The position numbers were made by a program, and so were the translations under genes. From positions 6,510,001-6,574,000 of the forward strand of contig CM035353.1 of assembly GCA_020137815.1 (NCBI GenBank): a stretch of 64,000 nt of DNA, written 5' to 3'. Of this stretch, positions 47,966 through 61,369 are shown one piece after another. Numbering within the stretch: the stretch's first letter is position 1; each line of letters starts with the position of its first letter. This stretch comes from Hormiphora californensis. Its lineage: Eukaryota > Animalia > Ctenophora. The notes under the pieces are model-generated. The model was not told the origin of the DNA. It saw only the letters and a list, made by a program, of their open reading frames with translations, and ran no database searches.

Positions 47966-48354
47966 CCGTCTTTGCACACCCCTCATCAAATAGCTATCCT
48001 CCAATTTATACACGTCCTATCCCTCACTTATGTGATTCGTTGCTCCGTTACTCAGCAAGTTTGGGGTTGAAGTGACGTGTTAGTTCTGATTATCTCTTCG
48101 AATGATAATTATCATTTCTTGATATAACCATCTCTATCTAGCGCATTGTTTATTAATTCATCTCGGATCAATGAACAATGAATGCAATGATAAACTTTTT
48201 GGTTCCATGGGTTCCATGGGTTCCTATCCTCCTTATCCTGATCTCATCTTAGCGCACCAAGTCCTCTCTTGGGTGTGACCCGTGTGGCGTGTGACCTCAG
48301 AAAATGAATGCCTTGGTGTTCCTCGTCATCTGCTCCCTTACTATCATTAAACCT

Positions 48355-48765
48355 ACCATCTCCAGTGTTTTAGGCTCGCTCCCAAGGTCCAGGAGTAACC
48401 CCGCACCGAATCTCAATTTGTCCGTGTTCGCCTCGTCGTGGTAAGAGTGTTCGAACCAATAAACATTACACGTCTCCCTTAGCTCCTTGATAAATACCGG
48501 CCTGTGCATTTTCTGCACGTCCTCAATGGGTACAGGATGGCGGATGTCAAGTTGGGGAGGAGGGTCTTCAATGATCTCCTCTTCAATGATCTCCTCTTCA
48601 ATGATCTGTTCTTCAATGATCTCCTCTTCAATGATCTCCTCTTCAATGATCTCCTCTTCAATGATCTCCTCTTCAATGATCTACTCTTCAATGATATCCT
48701 TTTATATTTTAAGCATATTTTATTTATGGAGGCTTCTTAGATCCTGGTAATAAGGACACAAGGAC
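48355..48765 (-). pseudogene. Diverged paralog of ORF 25648-26193 (putative hAT-like transposase region) with an in-frame 15-bp repeat expansion
   Basis: IEDPPP...FIKELRETCNVYWFEHSYHDEANTDKLRFGAGLLLDLGSEP aligns with IEDPPP...FLEHLKKGVKAYWWDHSYHRKKNTDLVKACAGVLLEMRGEP. Confidence 0.65.
48565..48697. repeat. 15-bp minisatellite, about 9 copies
   Basis: (TCTTCAATGATCTCC)n; reads EEEII on the minus strand. Confidence 0.95.
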
Positions 48766-48934
48766 TGTACTAACCTAACCTCACCACGTTTAGCACGTTT
48801 AGTAAACTGGTCTAACAGCATGTCTTTCTGATTGTAATTACTAGCAAACCTGTACCCGTCCTACGGATGGGATAGAAATTATGAATCATTAAAGAATTAT
48901 GAATCATTAAAGAATTAAGAATCATGTACAGTAT

Positions 48935-49065
48935 TGATGGGAGCGTTTCTGTGAATAGCTTGAAGATCATCAGGCTTTACAGTCACACCATCAGATTTAT
49001 TATTCAAATGAGCACAAGCCCTCTCAAGAATGTTGGTGCTATTTCCACAGGGTAAACTCCTTTGC
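48935..49065 (-). pseudogene. Possible LINE ORF1 fragment
   Basis: NILERACAHLNNKSDGVTVKPDDLQAIHR resembles the GV.I...DI...HR motif; LECRLARSEQYQRR at about 51898-51945 (-) resembles the LEQYSRR motif. Confidence 0.4.
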
Positions 49066-50304
49066 AGAACATCACAGCTCAGAAGAACATCAAAATTCAA
49101 AACGATCGTACCGGGACCCATTGCATTAATTGCAATCCAACGCATTACCTGCAAAGAATTCAGTCAGACCTGTATTACTGCTACCTTAGTCTGGCGTGAT
49201 TTGGACCCTTGCACCGTTGATGTGACTCTGCTCTAAAAGCAATTACATGCACCTTTGGCAATCGTCGTCGAACTTGAAATATTACCCAAGCGCTATAGCG
49301 GACGCGTAATTTTCTTCCCAATTTTCGGTTTGCATTTTCAAACTAAACCTTATTTCCACGGCCAAGCATTTTACAAGGAGTTCAGGTTCAATGTTGAAAC
49401 TAAATTATTTAGAAATATCAGGGGGCCCGTTTGGAAGTAATGGGCCTACTACTGCTGTTACCATGTTTGTTCAATGGATGGTCCTGTGCCATTTAGAGTG
49501 GATCGGGTCTTGATCTCATACAGGGTTGGGGTGCCTGCTTTGTTCTTGCTCTTGGTCCTTGATAGCCTTCTCGCGTTTGCCAGAGCGAGCGCCTACTTTC
49601 GTGCTCATTTTTCTTGAGCACCCCAAATACATCCTCTCCGTATCTGCATCCTCGATCAATAGCTACCATTTTAACAGGTCCCCACTTGTGGTGGTTAGCA
49701 CCGTACTGGGGGAGTCTTGGTTAGTGATGTCGTCCTATTTCTTGCGAATAATTAATCATTTCCCTGGAAGATATTTTCTAACATCTTTATTAATTCAACG
49801 GATAATGAGATAAGTAAAATGAACAAGATGAAGTAAACTTTTGAATGGCTTCTTAATGATTTAAACGACAATCGAACTTCGAATTTGCCAAACAAAGTCT
49901 ACTATAAGTTTCTTAGGGTGTTCGAATATCCGCTGACTGTTCAAGTCCTCTGCAGGTTTGTTGGCCAGCTCTCTGGATCTCGTATCCAGTTTGCGACTTC
50001 TGAATTCAGATTTCCCAAGTCTGTAAGAATCATGAGATGCATGCCTGTCTCACCACACACAGTTTTCTTCAGCGTTTATGATTTGGGAAATTTTGGTATT
50101 GCTTCCGGCAAGGCTAGGAGCCGAAATAACACGGTTTTCCTGTCAATTCTGATTAGTCGATTGTAACCTAATTTTCTAATCATAGATATTAGTAATAATA
50201 ATATAAATTTAACTCCTAATTGAAAGCTTTATACTCCATACTTGCCGAAGATTGCATCAAGGGTGAGGTACATCAGGATTCCTCGATTGGACAACAGCTG
50301 ACAC

Positions 50305-50405
50305 CTACATGTGGTTGGTTTTGACATGGCGCTTGATGTTTTGCGGTAGAGCACCATTCTGCGAACCATATAGGTACAATTGGTGTATCCACATTCGTAC
50401 AGGGT
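50305..50405 (-). pseudogene. Frameshifted C2H2 zinc finger
   Basis: YECGYTNCTY / frameshift / QNIKRHVKTNH. Confidence 0.5.
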
Positions 50406-51483
50406 CCTTCCCATTTGAAAACCTTGTAAACTGGACTGGTATACTTGCTAAATGGCTGTATGGAAAGTTAATTAAGGAAGGAATAAAGTAAAGTAGTTCG
50501 CAAGTTTAGAGTTCGGTTTAGGGATTTGGTGATACACAGCCAATTTGCTGGTGTGTATTTTTGTTTTCCATGTATTTGTTGGAAAACGTTCATTAAAACG
50601 GGAAAATCACCGCTTTATTTTGATTAGGGGTTCTCTCATACTTGGTGGTCAGAACAGTATCTAAGACCGTAACTAAGGGGTCCGACTGTACTATACTGGT
50701 CCGTTATCATCAACTGAACTCTGAAGTAGGAAAGCTCATCACAAACGTAGCTTGCCGCTTGTTACTTGTAACTTGTCAAATATCAGTTGTATAATGTATA
50801 TAATGCTGCATGCATCTGAAATAAGTAGAATTCAATAAAAGATAATGGTAAAAATACACTAAAAAGAAGCCATTTTGCTCAAAAAGAGGAATATTCTTGC
50901 CTGTTTATATTGATAAACAAGCGAGTCATACATCATGAACGGTAAGGGCTCTCTTGTTGACTAGTGGCTTGTCCCACCGATCGTTATGGACTCCGAATTC
51001 ACCATCGCGAAATGCAGGGATGTCAACTGAAAAGTTAAAGTTCACATCAAGCTTATCTACTAGCTATTGCCTCTGCTCAAAGAACCTCTCATGGTCGCCT
51101 CTTTTATGGGCAGTTATATAGAATTAGTAATTATATTTTCACGCTATATATAAAAATAAACATTATTTGGATTTAAGTGGGTTATTAGGTGCTGCTCAAA
51201 AAATCAAATAAAAGCCTCTGATCCACCATGTTATTATAGAACCATGTTATTCTGAAATGTGGCCCATAGCCCCCCATAGCACACATTTATTGGGGAGTTT
51301 AGGGTTATCTCTAATGAAGATTCGTAATCTGCTGTGTAAGTGGAACAGCAGGGATGGTCCGTTCGTCAAATTCCAATCATGCTTTATCAGCACGTGCATA
51401 ATCTAATAAAAATAGGAAATACTTTAGTCCTGCTATTACTAAGGCATACTCTTGTCTCTTGAGTCTCATGTATTTCGAATCCC

Positions 51484-51666
51484 TCACCTTCTTCGCTGAC
51501 TCCTGTCTCCAAAGAGAATCCTCCATTTGCTTCTCATTTGGGAAGTGGAAAGGACTGGCGAAATATTAAACATAGCGCTATAATCCGCCGCGATTTTTAT
51601 CCAATCCCTCCTTTCTTTGTTGCACTTGTCAAACTTGAGGTGGTTGTTGGCCAGGGACCACAGCAT
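51484..51666 (-). pseudogene. Myb/SANT-like (trihelix) DNA-binding domain fragment, of the type paired with Harbinger transposases
   Basis: KERRDWIKIAADYSAMF...STSQMRSKWRIL fits K...W..IA..Y....QL..KW..L. Confidence 0.55.
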
Positions 51667-54600
51667 TCTAAAGGATTTATACAGGTCAATGATTAGAAAA
51701 CCATCAACTCATTTAAATTTCTGGGGGAACAGTTGAAAAATGGCTTTACCTCACGCGTATCTCCGTATCGTTTGTTACAATGGACGGCCCTGGAACCTGG
51801 TCCCTTGGATCGGCCAGGTCTTCGGATGGTCCTTTACCCTGGGCCCTGGAGTTGGCCTGGTTGTTGGATGGTCCTGCACCTTGGTCCCTGGAGTAGACCT
51901 TCGCTGGTATTGCTCAGAGCGAGCGAGCCTACATTCCAGGTCCTCATTTTTTTTTCATGAGAACACCAAAAACAGCCTTAATAGCAGCCTCGCTAGTAGG
52001 ATCACACTTGCTAACAATATCATCAAAATCATGAGAAGGTAACTCTGAGAATCGGTTAGAAGGGAGACTGGGGGAGCTCTAGAACTATTGTAAGATCGAT
52101 TCCTTGTGTTATTGACCATAGTAATTGCAATACATTCCCTTGAAGGTCTAAAATATAGTAATTTCAAGAAATTAGATAGAGATAAGGCGATAAGATAATC
52201 GAGTAGTGGAACGCGAGTAGCAACGTATATGATAAGCGAAAGAACGGAACTGGAGAGGGAGAAAGAGAAAATAAAGTGATTACTATGATTATGATTTATG
52301 TTATTACGCTTTATGTCCCTTTTATGTCGCTTCCACTAATGTCATTTGTTCCGCCACTCTTTAATTACTCAAATACCAGGTTTTCTCCTACTGAATTCCG
52401 TCCCCAAATGCTGTAGAGCAATTCCGATGAGAGTAGACCAGCCTTGCCCCTGACGTATCGTTCTTTCCTTCAGTTTTATTACCTTCTATTCTTTTTTTAG
52501 TGTGTGATTGTGTGCAATCCGAGTATTCAGGGGGAGCACATGAAAGGTAAATTAAGTCAGATTTAAAAATTCCTAATGTTCTAATCATACTGTGTAATAT
52601 GTTAATAAAAATGGTTAGTTGTTCTCCCCCTTTCGTAACAGTTTATACTGCCATTCTGCCCAGAGGGACTTCATCTAAGGGGATGGCACGACGGTCACTT
52701 CCTCGATCGCCCCTGCGATAATTTGGTCTCACCACACCACACAACTACTGCAAACAAACAAACGCTCTACACTGCACTTCTCACATCTACGATATATGTC
52801 AATACAAAATATAAAAGCCCAGCAATATAATATATATATATTTGCCGGGGGTTGGATGATTGTGTCTTCTTTTTAATAGCAGAAACTATGAAAACTGCGG
52901 TAACAGCCTGCATAGCTAAGATATAATAAAGGATTTTAAGATTTTAAGATTTTAAGAGGGTTTAGTACTTTAAAAAAATCAAGCTCCATTTAGTTAACAT
53001 AACAATTGATGTGTTGTACTACATTTTAAAGTATAATTTTCAAACTCATACGACAACTTATCTTTCTTCTTTGGTTCACTCTTGACTGAGAACTGCCTGA
53101 AATGATGTGTTAAGTTTAGAAAAACAGGACTTGGGTTATCAATCGTCTACGATGGGTAGTACGGACGTTACATGATGTCTATATAAGAGTTTTGTGTTAG
53201 ATAAATTGATTAAAAGATTAATGAATGAAAGATGTAATGGATGAAATACAGATGAAAAACTAAAGAAAACAAAGCTAAATTAAAAGACTAATAAGTAAAA
53301 AACAATAACTACAGAACTCACGAAAATGAGTAAATAAAAAGTCAAGTTGTTGCGAAAATGTAACAGTTTGGACATGCATGCAAGAGTTAAAAAGATGGGA
53401 CAAAAGTATAGAAACTAAAGGTGAAAAATAAAGATGCAATTAAATATATATCTGTAGAAACAAAAAAAGAAGTTTTTCACTCGAACGAATGAATGAGCAC
53501 CACCATACAGAAAGCTAACCAGCTGGGAGGATGCTTCTGACAGGTTATTACCCAGTATGTTTTGCTCCTGGATTTATGTTCTAGTCTTGCAATATGCATT
53601 GTGCAGTAATGCACAGTTTTTCGGTGTTCAGGTTATTCTTGCTATGATTACTGCCATTGTTATGGCTAGGTGAAGGGAAGGGTTATTTAAAGGGTTTCTT
53701 TTGATCTTACAGCAACAAAAAGAGCGTGGTAATTATCGATCAGTCTTTGTACGACTCTTCTCGCTAGTACCTCCTCAGACTAAAGGCATTGCGAGTAGAT
53801 GCAGTGCAGGGTCGGTTCTGGGAAGGTGGAGGGAAGGAGTTTTTACCTCCTCAAATTAGTTTTTGGAGGTAGCCTATAGAGGCCAAATACTTGGGGGAGG
53901 ACTGCAACTCCTCCTAGATTCTTATTGGTCCTGGTCGCCACTTTTAAGGCGTCTCATATTATACATCATTAAAATTAGCAATTTACCTGTACTATAAATT
54001 GTCTTTTACTATTAGCATTAGATTGACGTTCATTGGAAAACAGTTGTGGCTAAACCTTAGGTCCAGTGCACGGCTATTTTCCACTGAGACCGGGATCCCA
54101 GGTCCTCAGTGGAAAGTAGCCGTGGCCTGAATCTGAGGTTCAGGCACGACCGTAAAACCGGTGGTATATGGAGGTTTCGGGTTGCTGGTAATGATTGTCA
54201 CAGATGAACTTCTGTCCAAGAAACACAAATTCTTTGGCGAGTGTGAGAAAAGCAGACTTGGGTGGTTGATGCAGTTGACCTCCATTGACAAAGACATGTG
54301 CCACGTTATCAATATCGTATTGGAGGGCGGTCATCACCAGCTGTGGTCTTAAAGGAGCCACTTTGGCCAGAACTCTTTCACCTCTTTAAAGAAACAAAGA
54401 AACATTCCTTCGTCCATGAACACTTTCTTTATAAAGAGAGGAAGCGAAAGAAAGCTAACTTACCAAGATGATGTCAGTCTTTAAGGGGGGTTTGGCAGTT
54501 TGAGTGATAACGGCTTGAGAGGTCCCAATTACCAGAGCATCCTTAAAATGAGGAACATGTCCACATCAGTCAATACCTTTCTGTAGGATGGATAAAGGTT

Positions 54601-57254
54601 AGTGGGAGATGTACAGGTATGGAAAATAGCACTTAAAATAACTATTAATTATTAAATGGGGTAACCCCAGCTGCAAACTGTTGAAGGTATGAAGCTGCGG
54701 GACAACTCACCACGGCTTTCTTGTGTGCAGTTATTCGGGCCGGAATAATACTTTTTACTGGCATGACTGAGCTGCAACTGGTTGTTTGGTCGGTTGTTTT
54801 GCTGAAATATATTATAAATCAAACAATAGGATATATACCACATGTTTTCGTGTGGTGTGTTATTTAATTAATCATACGGTACAAATCATAAAAACACGCA
54901 CCTGAATCCGCTGGAATAATATATAATTTAATACTGTGTATTTCATCATTTTCTAAGCAGTATGTGTTCAATATTTTATAAATAAGATTTCCTATGAGAA
55001 AATATTATTATTCTTGTGGCCACAACTGGTCGCCACTTTTAGGAAGGTTATGAATATCCCCTCATCCGTATAGATTTTCCTGTAGGATAGATATTAAGGG
55101 TTACCTAGATGCGTGAGATGTGTAGGTATAGAAAATAGCACTTGGGGGGGGGGGTCTAAGCTATTATATAGAAGGTAAGAAATTAAGAAGCTACGGAAGA
55201 ACTCACCAATAGATGACGTATTTTCGATGCTCTGTTTTCTTTGCGATAATGACTTCCTTCACGTGTTGTAGGTAGAACTGTTGAACTGCTGAACTGCTGG
55301 TTGGGATGATATAGATAATGTAAATCAAACAATAGGATACCACACATTTTCTGAATAACTGATGGGTACCTACTGAATCAATCTGATCACTAAGGTAAGA
55401 TCCACATGTTTATCCTCAGATAATTTGCTTCTCGGATGACCATAACCTAGCTGCCTGGTGCCGTTGGAGTTGAGAAAGCTGCTGCATGTGCGCCACCATG
55501 AGAATCTCCAAGAGCTATTGTAAACCAAATGGCGTCCCCGATATTTTATTTCATGTTTGGAGGTAGATTTTCAGTCCGAACCCATACCGACCATATCGAT
55601 ATAAATTATTGAATAAAAACAGTTGTAAAGGCCGGGAAACTCTACTGATAAGTAATACATTTATTGTTTCATGAGGGGAAACTTGACCTTTCATAGCTGC
55701 TAATATGAACATGTTGGTAACTACCACTCTACTCCACTCTACTCAGTGAGAAGTGTAGTAGGGTACTTTCGGCACGAAATGGGCATTATCGTAACATTCA
55801 CCATGTTTTGGCAAAATGCCCAAAAAATGGCAGTAAACTAAGTGAGTTTAAATTGAGCCACGGGAAATGAGCCCGAGCACATATATCTCACTGATGTTCC
55901 CCAAAATAGCAAATGGAGCACAGATCACAGCACCAGCAGTGTTACGAAAGGGAAAGGTAAGAAATATACTCCAGAGTATTGATTACCGGGCCACAATAGA
56001 CCAGGCCAAATTGGAAAAGGTCACGCCATGGTAAAATATAACTGTTGAAATGGTAAGATCTTGTTGAATCGCCAAAATCTCTCTCTCTCTATCATCGCGA
56101 GTTAGGCAGCAACATGTTGCAACGGAGATTTGGATTGGTTGTTCGTCTTAAACTCAGTTTAATAAACTCAAAGAAAGTATCACACTTTTTCACGCGGAAG
56201 CGTTACTGAGTGTGCTGTATTACTTGTAATAAACTTAAACTATTTTGCAATCGTAGGCCAGCTTGGCAAATAGGCCTCGCAGATGTTACTAAAAAAGTTT
56301 TTAATCAATGTATAGGTCAATAAAATGGAAGACAACAAAATGTTTTTACGCATGATCAAGGATCCGGAGGGGAATATCTATCCCAGGGACAGTCAACAAA
56401 GACAAAATGACTTGAATTATTCATACTTTATTCTAATTCTAAAACGGAAACAGTGTCAAGCTACGACTCAAAAAATGACAGTAAAAAAGAGATTGAAATG
56501 AGCCGCGGGAAATGAGCCCGAGCACATGTCCCACTGATGCGGGCTGCGCGCCCTCCCAATACAAAGTAGAGGCCCGCGCGTTACAGCAGGTGAATTGTCT
56601 CAAAGTGGGACAGAAGTTGGGCCACAACACACTGGAAAAAGGCGGGGGTCTCATGTGGCAACATGCAGGAAAGCACGTGGGTGTGAGCCCTCCCCCTATA
56701 TTTATAGAACAGAGAGAAAGAAAACTTCAAGCAGCAAGTATTCTGAACCGTGTGGTTAACAACAAAACGTCAATTTAAAAGTAGGGCTGCATCTGAGCCA
56801 TAAGTTGACTGAGCAATCATTGCAGAATGGGAAATAACAAGTCAATAACAGTGATCACAGTGGGTGTATTTTCTCAATATAGTGTATGATTGTATATTAT
56901 TTTATATTACTTTAGAGATATATTTGAGACGACCCCGAATCTGTTGCACGGAATGCTAGCCGAACATCAAGCATTCCTGCAGACCCTATTAAATCAGTAG
57001 AACACAAGCTATTTACAGGACAGTGGACACGGCTACTGGGGGTTCCGAAACAGGATTAATATAGACCGGGTTATCTAGGGGGATAACCAGCGTGATACCT
57101 GGAAGATATAAAACTAGGAAGCTATACTGCATTTTGGAGGATGGTTGCGTCATTAGACCAACCTTTTCAAAAAGTTTATAAAAGGTAAAAAGAAATAAAC
57201 AAAGTGAAGATGGTTTTCTACCTATAATACCCGGATAATTTAATTTTAGACTCT

Positions 57255-57730
57255 CCAATAAACAGGTCGATTATATCAACAACGTTGTGATGGCCATGCT
57301 GCCCGGTGATGATGTTATTAATATAAAGAGCTTTGACTCACACACACAATCAACAACCCGTCCGACTACGGAATGGCTGTATGGAGGATCCTGTCGGGCC
57401 TCTTCCGCTACAACAAGCCCAATTAGTCAACCTCACCGCGGTTCATCCTAGCCCCTGGGAACGTCGACCCGACCGGTGCCAAGGCACTGGAAGGGAAGAC
57501 GGCTAATGACTACGGACGGCCAGTCTTTCTAACTGGTTCCCACTGATTTGTATCACCGAGGGGCTTCGGCCTGTTGACCCGGCAGTTGTATCGCCGACAT
57601 TCTCTCCCAATATGGTCGCCCAATACCGGAGTGAGAATCTCAAACCCGCCAGCTACATCAGGCAGACCCCCTCAAACGCGTGGTAACAATATAAACCCAC
57701 CTATTTAATGAACGGCCTGCGGGTGCGATC
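57255..57730 (+). pseudogene. Helitron Pif1-type helicase fragments (57255-57385 and about 57680-57730)
   Basis: NKQVDYINNVVMAMLPGDDVINIKSFDS...PTTEWL resembles N..V..IN..L..LPG....S.D....P.EFL; downstream NINP..LMNGLR resembles NL.P..L.NGTR. Confidence 0.5.
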
Positions 57731-57929
57731 CTATCCCATGAAATGAGATAAGAACACCCTTATCCTTATTTAAGCCATATTACTTCATTAAGTTCTAACA
57801 GCTTTCTCAGTTAAATGTTGGCCCACTTCCAGGTGGTTAGACCTGGTCCAGACAGGTAAGAATATTAGGATGAGACGTACATGATAAGAATTTATCGGCA
57901 AACCAGCCTACACACTGAAACGATATATC

Positions 57930-58345
57930 GCTCCACGAAATGGTAATCGGTAAAACACTGATTTACATGGCATATACGGTGGGAGTACCAGATATGACAA
58001 CCCAGCCCACTGCCGTTAAACCTCCTCAGCCATCCCAAATACAGACATTCAATGGTATGTTATAAAAAGCCCAACAAATTTAAATTTGGCATGTAAACAT
58101 AGTTTTATAATGTCTGAGTAAAGCAGGCAAGTATGCAACACTTTACCAGATTAGGAAAAAAACCCCATCCCTGTTTACGTTTTACTGCATATAATAATCC
58201 CCAGCACTCAAAATGAGGTGGACTGGGGGACAGGAGGACATGACTATCCAGGGACTGCGGGGGGTTGAAATCACCGGCTGTACGATAAGATTCAGAGTGT
58301 TCTTCACTTATTTGGCAAGACATCCCTTACCCTGACAGTTTGGTC
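57930..58345 (+). pseudogene. RecQ-like SF2 helicase fragments, diverged copy (inverted copy about 31820-32225)
   Basis: GKTLIYMAYTVGVPDM (motif I tail) and NEVDWGTGGHD...LYDKIQSVLHLFGKTSLTLT (motif II to III-like region). Confidence 0.4.
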
Positions 58346-58607
58346 ATCTTATGGATATTACACTGCTGACATACCAGCTGAACCCTGCTATGTACAGAAA
58401 CTGGAGCGATATGTTCAGTTATTCATGCTAGAAGTTGTGCCCGTGTTAAGGCAAATACAATGCAATGACTGAATTTTTATTCCCATGTACTACTACTAGA
58501 CAATTTTCATTTTATAGTTGTACCTGGTGATATGTTTAAATAATGATTTGTTTGATATTGGATACAAAAACAGAAATGTAATTACCATTACTAACAGCTA
58601 GCTAAAA

Positions 58608-59310
58608 ATGAAGTGTGCCGTTCCCGGATGCTCGTTGGAAGGAACCCATCGTGTCCCAGCAAATCCAGTTTCGCGGCAATCACTAAGCAACATGCATAGA
58701 TATTTATGACATTGCATCTCAATGCCTCACAAACCGAGCCACTATATAGGGGTCTATGGCGATTTAAGAAAATGATTCTGGTAGAAGATTATCCTACTAG
58801 CATATAATAACTTCTCTTGCGGACATGCACATTAAACAAGCCGAGAGAGAATTTCTGAACGAGGGTGGCGCCAAAGAGTCCAGTATAATAGGGAGAAGGG
58901 AAAAGGATGACGGATGTCCGAATTCTATTTGAACCTAATCGGCTCGGAGGAGCGAAAGAAGTTTCTGGAAGTAGGTGGTAATATCATAACGCCATGAGTA
59001 ATTAAGCGTACCCAGACTACAAAGATCCAGCCGTTTGTTTTTTGGGATGATTGCATCACCAATGCTACTGCTAGGCTAGAACAATTTGCATATTACCTTG
59101 TGAAATAGGAAAATTGGGCTTGAAAACTTCAATATTGTTGTTTCAGTAGGCCACAAGAGAGCTCTATCGGCGTGGAACCGAGAGCAGATAGTACAACAAA
59201 TAGAAACACGTTGGTTTACACTTGAAAACTTCTTCAAGAAGGACGGCCTTGAAAAATTAACAGAACGGGTTTTTGCTAAATGAAATCAAGTGGAGAAGTT
59301 GCTCCAACCT
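58608..59310 (+). pseudogene. THAP-domain-like fragment split by insertions
   Basis: MKCAVPGCSLEGTHRVPANPVSR (C-x4-C...P....R), later WLEQF and GEVAPT (AVPT-like); 58710-59074 absent from the 31.4-kb copy. Confidence 0.45.
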
Positions 59311-60339
59311 AGGATCACAGCTGCCCTCAAACTTGCTTGTCGTGACAGCTGCAAGGTCATTGTCGAGTGTCGACCAAGATGACCACTGTATCCAACACAT
59401 ATCTGACACCATCAAGAGATACTGTGCCGCTGTTGACGCTGTTGGTACAACAGTGGATCATAATCTGTTCCTGACAAATGGTATACTCCCACCAGCCTAC
59501 CATAGACATGATCACACACACCTGCTGCCGAAAGTGTGGCCCATGAATCGGACGACTTGCGTTGAAATTGGAGATTAAGAAATGACATGGCTGGAATTGT
59601 CGACTGTCTAATAGCATTCAATTCTGTCGTAGATGCGTGTTTTCCATCCTCCCTGACCATGAGGATAAGTTGGACCATACACTAACAGTTTATGAACGGA
59701 TCGAAAGAGTGTGGTACGCGAAGTCCTTCTTTGATAATTGGGAAAAGAAGGTCCAGAGACAGAAATTCATCACCCTACTGAAGCAGTGCAGAAAGTTTAG
59801 GGCACTACTCCTAACTGGGACCGGAACAAAGGAAAGCAAGGGCAGAATGGTGGCGTATCAGTCTGTGGCAACTGTGGAAAATACAGACGTGAAGAAGGTT
59901 AAAAACCCTTGGAAGAATACCAAGTCACGTTAATACAAGATGAACAGGCAGAACCATACAGATATTTTCGGTGATTAAAAGGGTGTATCCATGCATGAAG
60001 TATAAAGACTTGTTAAATTATGCATTTAATAAGAATTACAGAAAACATATATGGCGTTTGCGGTGGGGGTGCCAGAGATGGGGACTATATTAGTCACACC
60101 ACTCCTGGCAATCAACAGGGGCCATATAAAGAAACAGTGACTAACTATACCAATGATTGGTAGCCAATCAACATAATATTCTTTATTTTTTAGCTTATAT
60201 GATTACTAGTGGCCTGGCCTCTATCCTTTCCTAAAATCAATCAACATCAGCATTGAGCCATACCATGGTGGAAATCAGCTGGAGGGAAACGCCATTTGTT
60301 TATAAATGTACATTATAAGCTGAAAGCTGCAATCCCTCA

Positions 60340-60698
60340 TCCTCTTTGCAGAATGCCTGTAGGAATTTGCCAAGACTGTGGACAGCTTCTTTGGGTTGAT
60401 GTGGTTGGACCCTGACTATAAGTCCATCATCGCTCGTTTTGAGTTGAAATTCCGAGAACTACAAACTGTATTTCATGTCTTAGAGACAACCAAACTGCAC
60501 ATTATTTTCCAACATGTTCCTCAATTTATCGATCATGAAGGAGCTCCTTTGGGGCAGTTCGGTGAACACGAAGTGGAACATGCTCACGAAATGTTCATGA
60601 AAGCATGGAGTAGGTTTTTGGTCAAGGACTTCGGCAGAGAAACCTACCACAATAACTTCCTCAAAGTTGTTTACACATTTAACTCCAAGAATGTTTAG
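60340..60698 (+). pseudogene. Chapaev/Transib-related transposase C-terminus, second subfamily, with natural stop
   Basis: TTKLHIIFQHVPQFIDHEGAPLGQFGEHEVEHAHEMFMKAWSRFLVKD...FNSKNV*; homologous to 29405-29745. Confidence 0.72.
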
Positions 60699-61369
60699 TT
60701 GTACATATATTACTATGTACTAGCCCCGGCTCGAAATGTTGCTCAATGTGAGAATTTTTGGTGACGGTGGAAGGCGGAAGAAGGTGAAACACGATTCGCA
60801 CGAAGCCATGCATTTAGGAAAAACTCCACCTGAAACGCCTATATGGCACCCGTACTTGGGAACGCATGAGGGCAAGCCACTCAAGCATCAACGTCTTGAA
60901 ACCTTCATTCGAAATTGTCACTATACACTCGAAATAGTCACTTGACCAGGTTCTAGAAATTAGAATCTAGATTAGAATCTAGATACCACGTACCCACTAC
61001 CCGGTACCCGGTACAAAGTTTAATTATCAAAAGGGAAATGTTTTCACTAATAGCTAATCAAATTTCTTTTCTTTAGTGTGAAACAAACAACAGTGGACCC
61101 CCTGCTAATACCGCCGATAGTGAGACAGGATCAGAAAAGTAGCCAGAGCCGGAGATTTAAGTGATGATGGTAATCAGGATGGCAACAGAGAGAGGAGACT
61201 ACTGAGGAGGATCCTCATGATGGAGTAAGTTAATATCTAAAAGTGCGACCAATTACATTGATAAATTGGCGAACATTTCGAGCCGGGCCCCCGCTGTCCT
61301 GTACAACGACGTCCATGGTTTTGTCGATACTCGCAACTTAGAGCAGGTCACAGCGATTCACCGGATCAA

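Noticed and set aside
52200-55400. Genes in the AT-rich 52-55 kb interval
   Set aside because: No recognisable motif or consistent exon structure; weak THAP-like or P-element-like hints at 54.1-54.36 kb were too poor to call.
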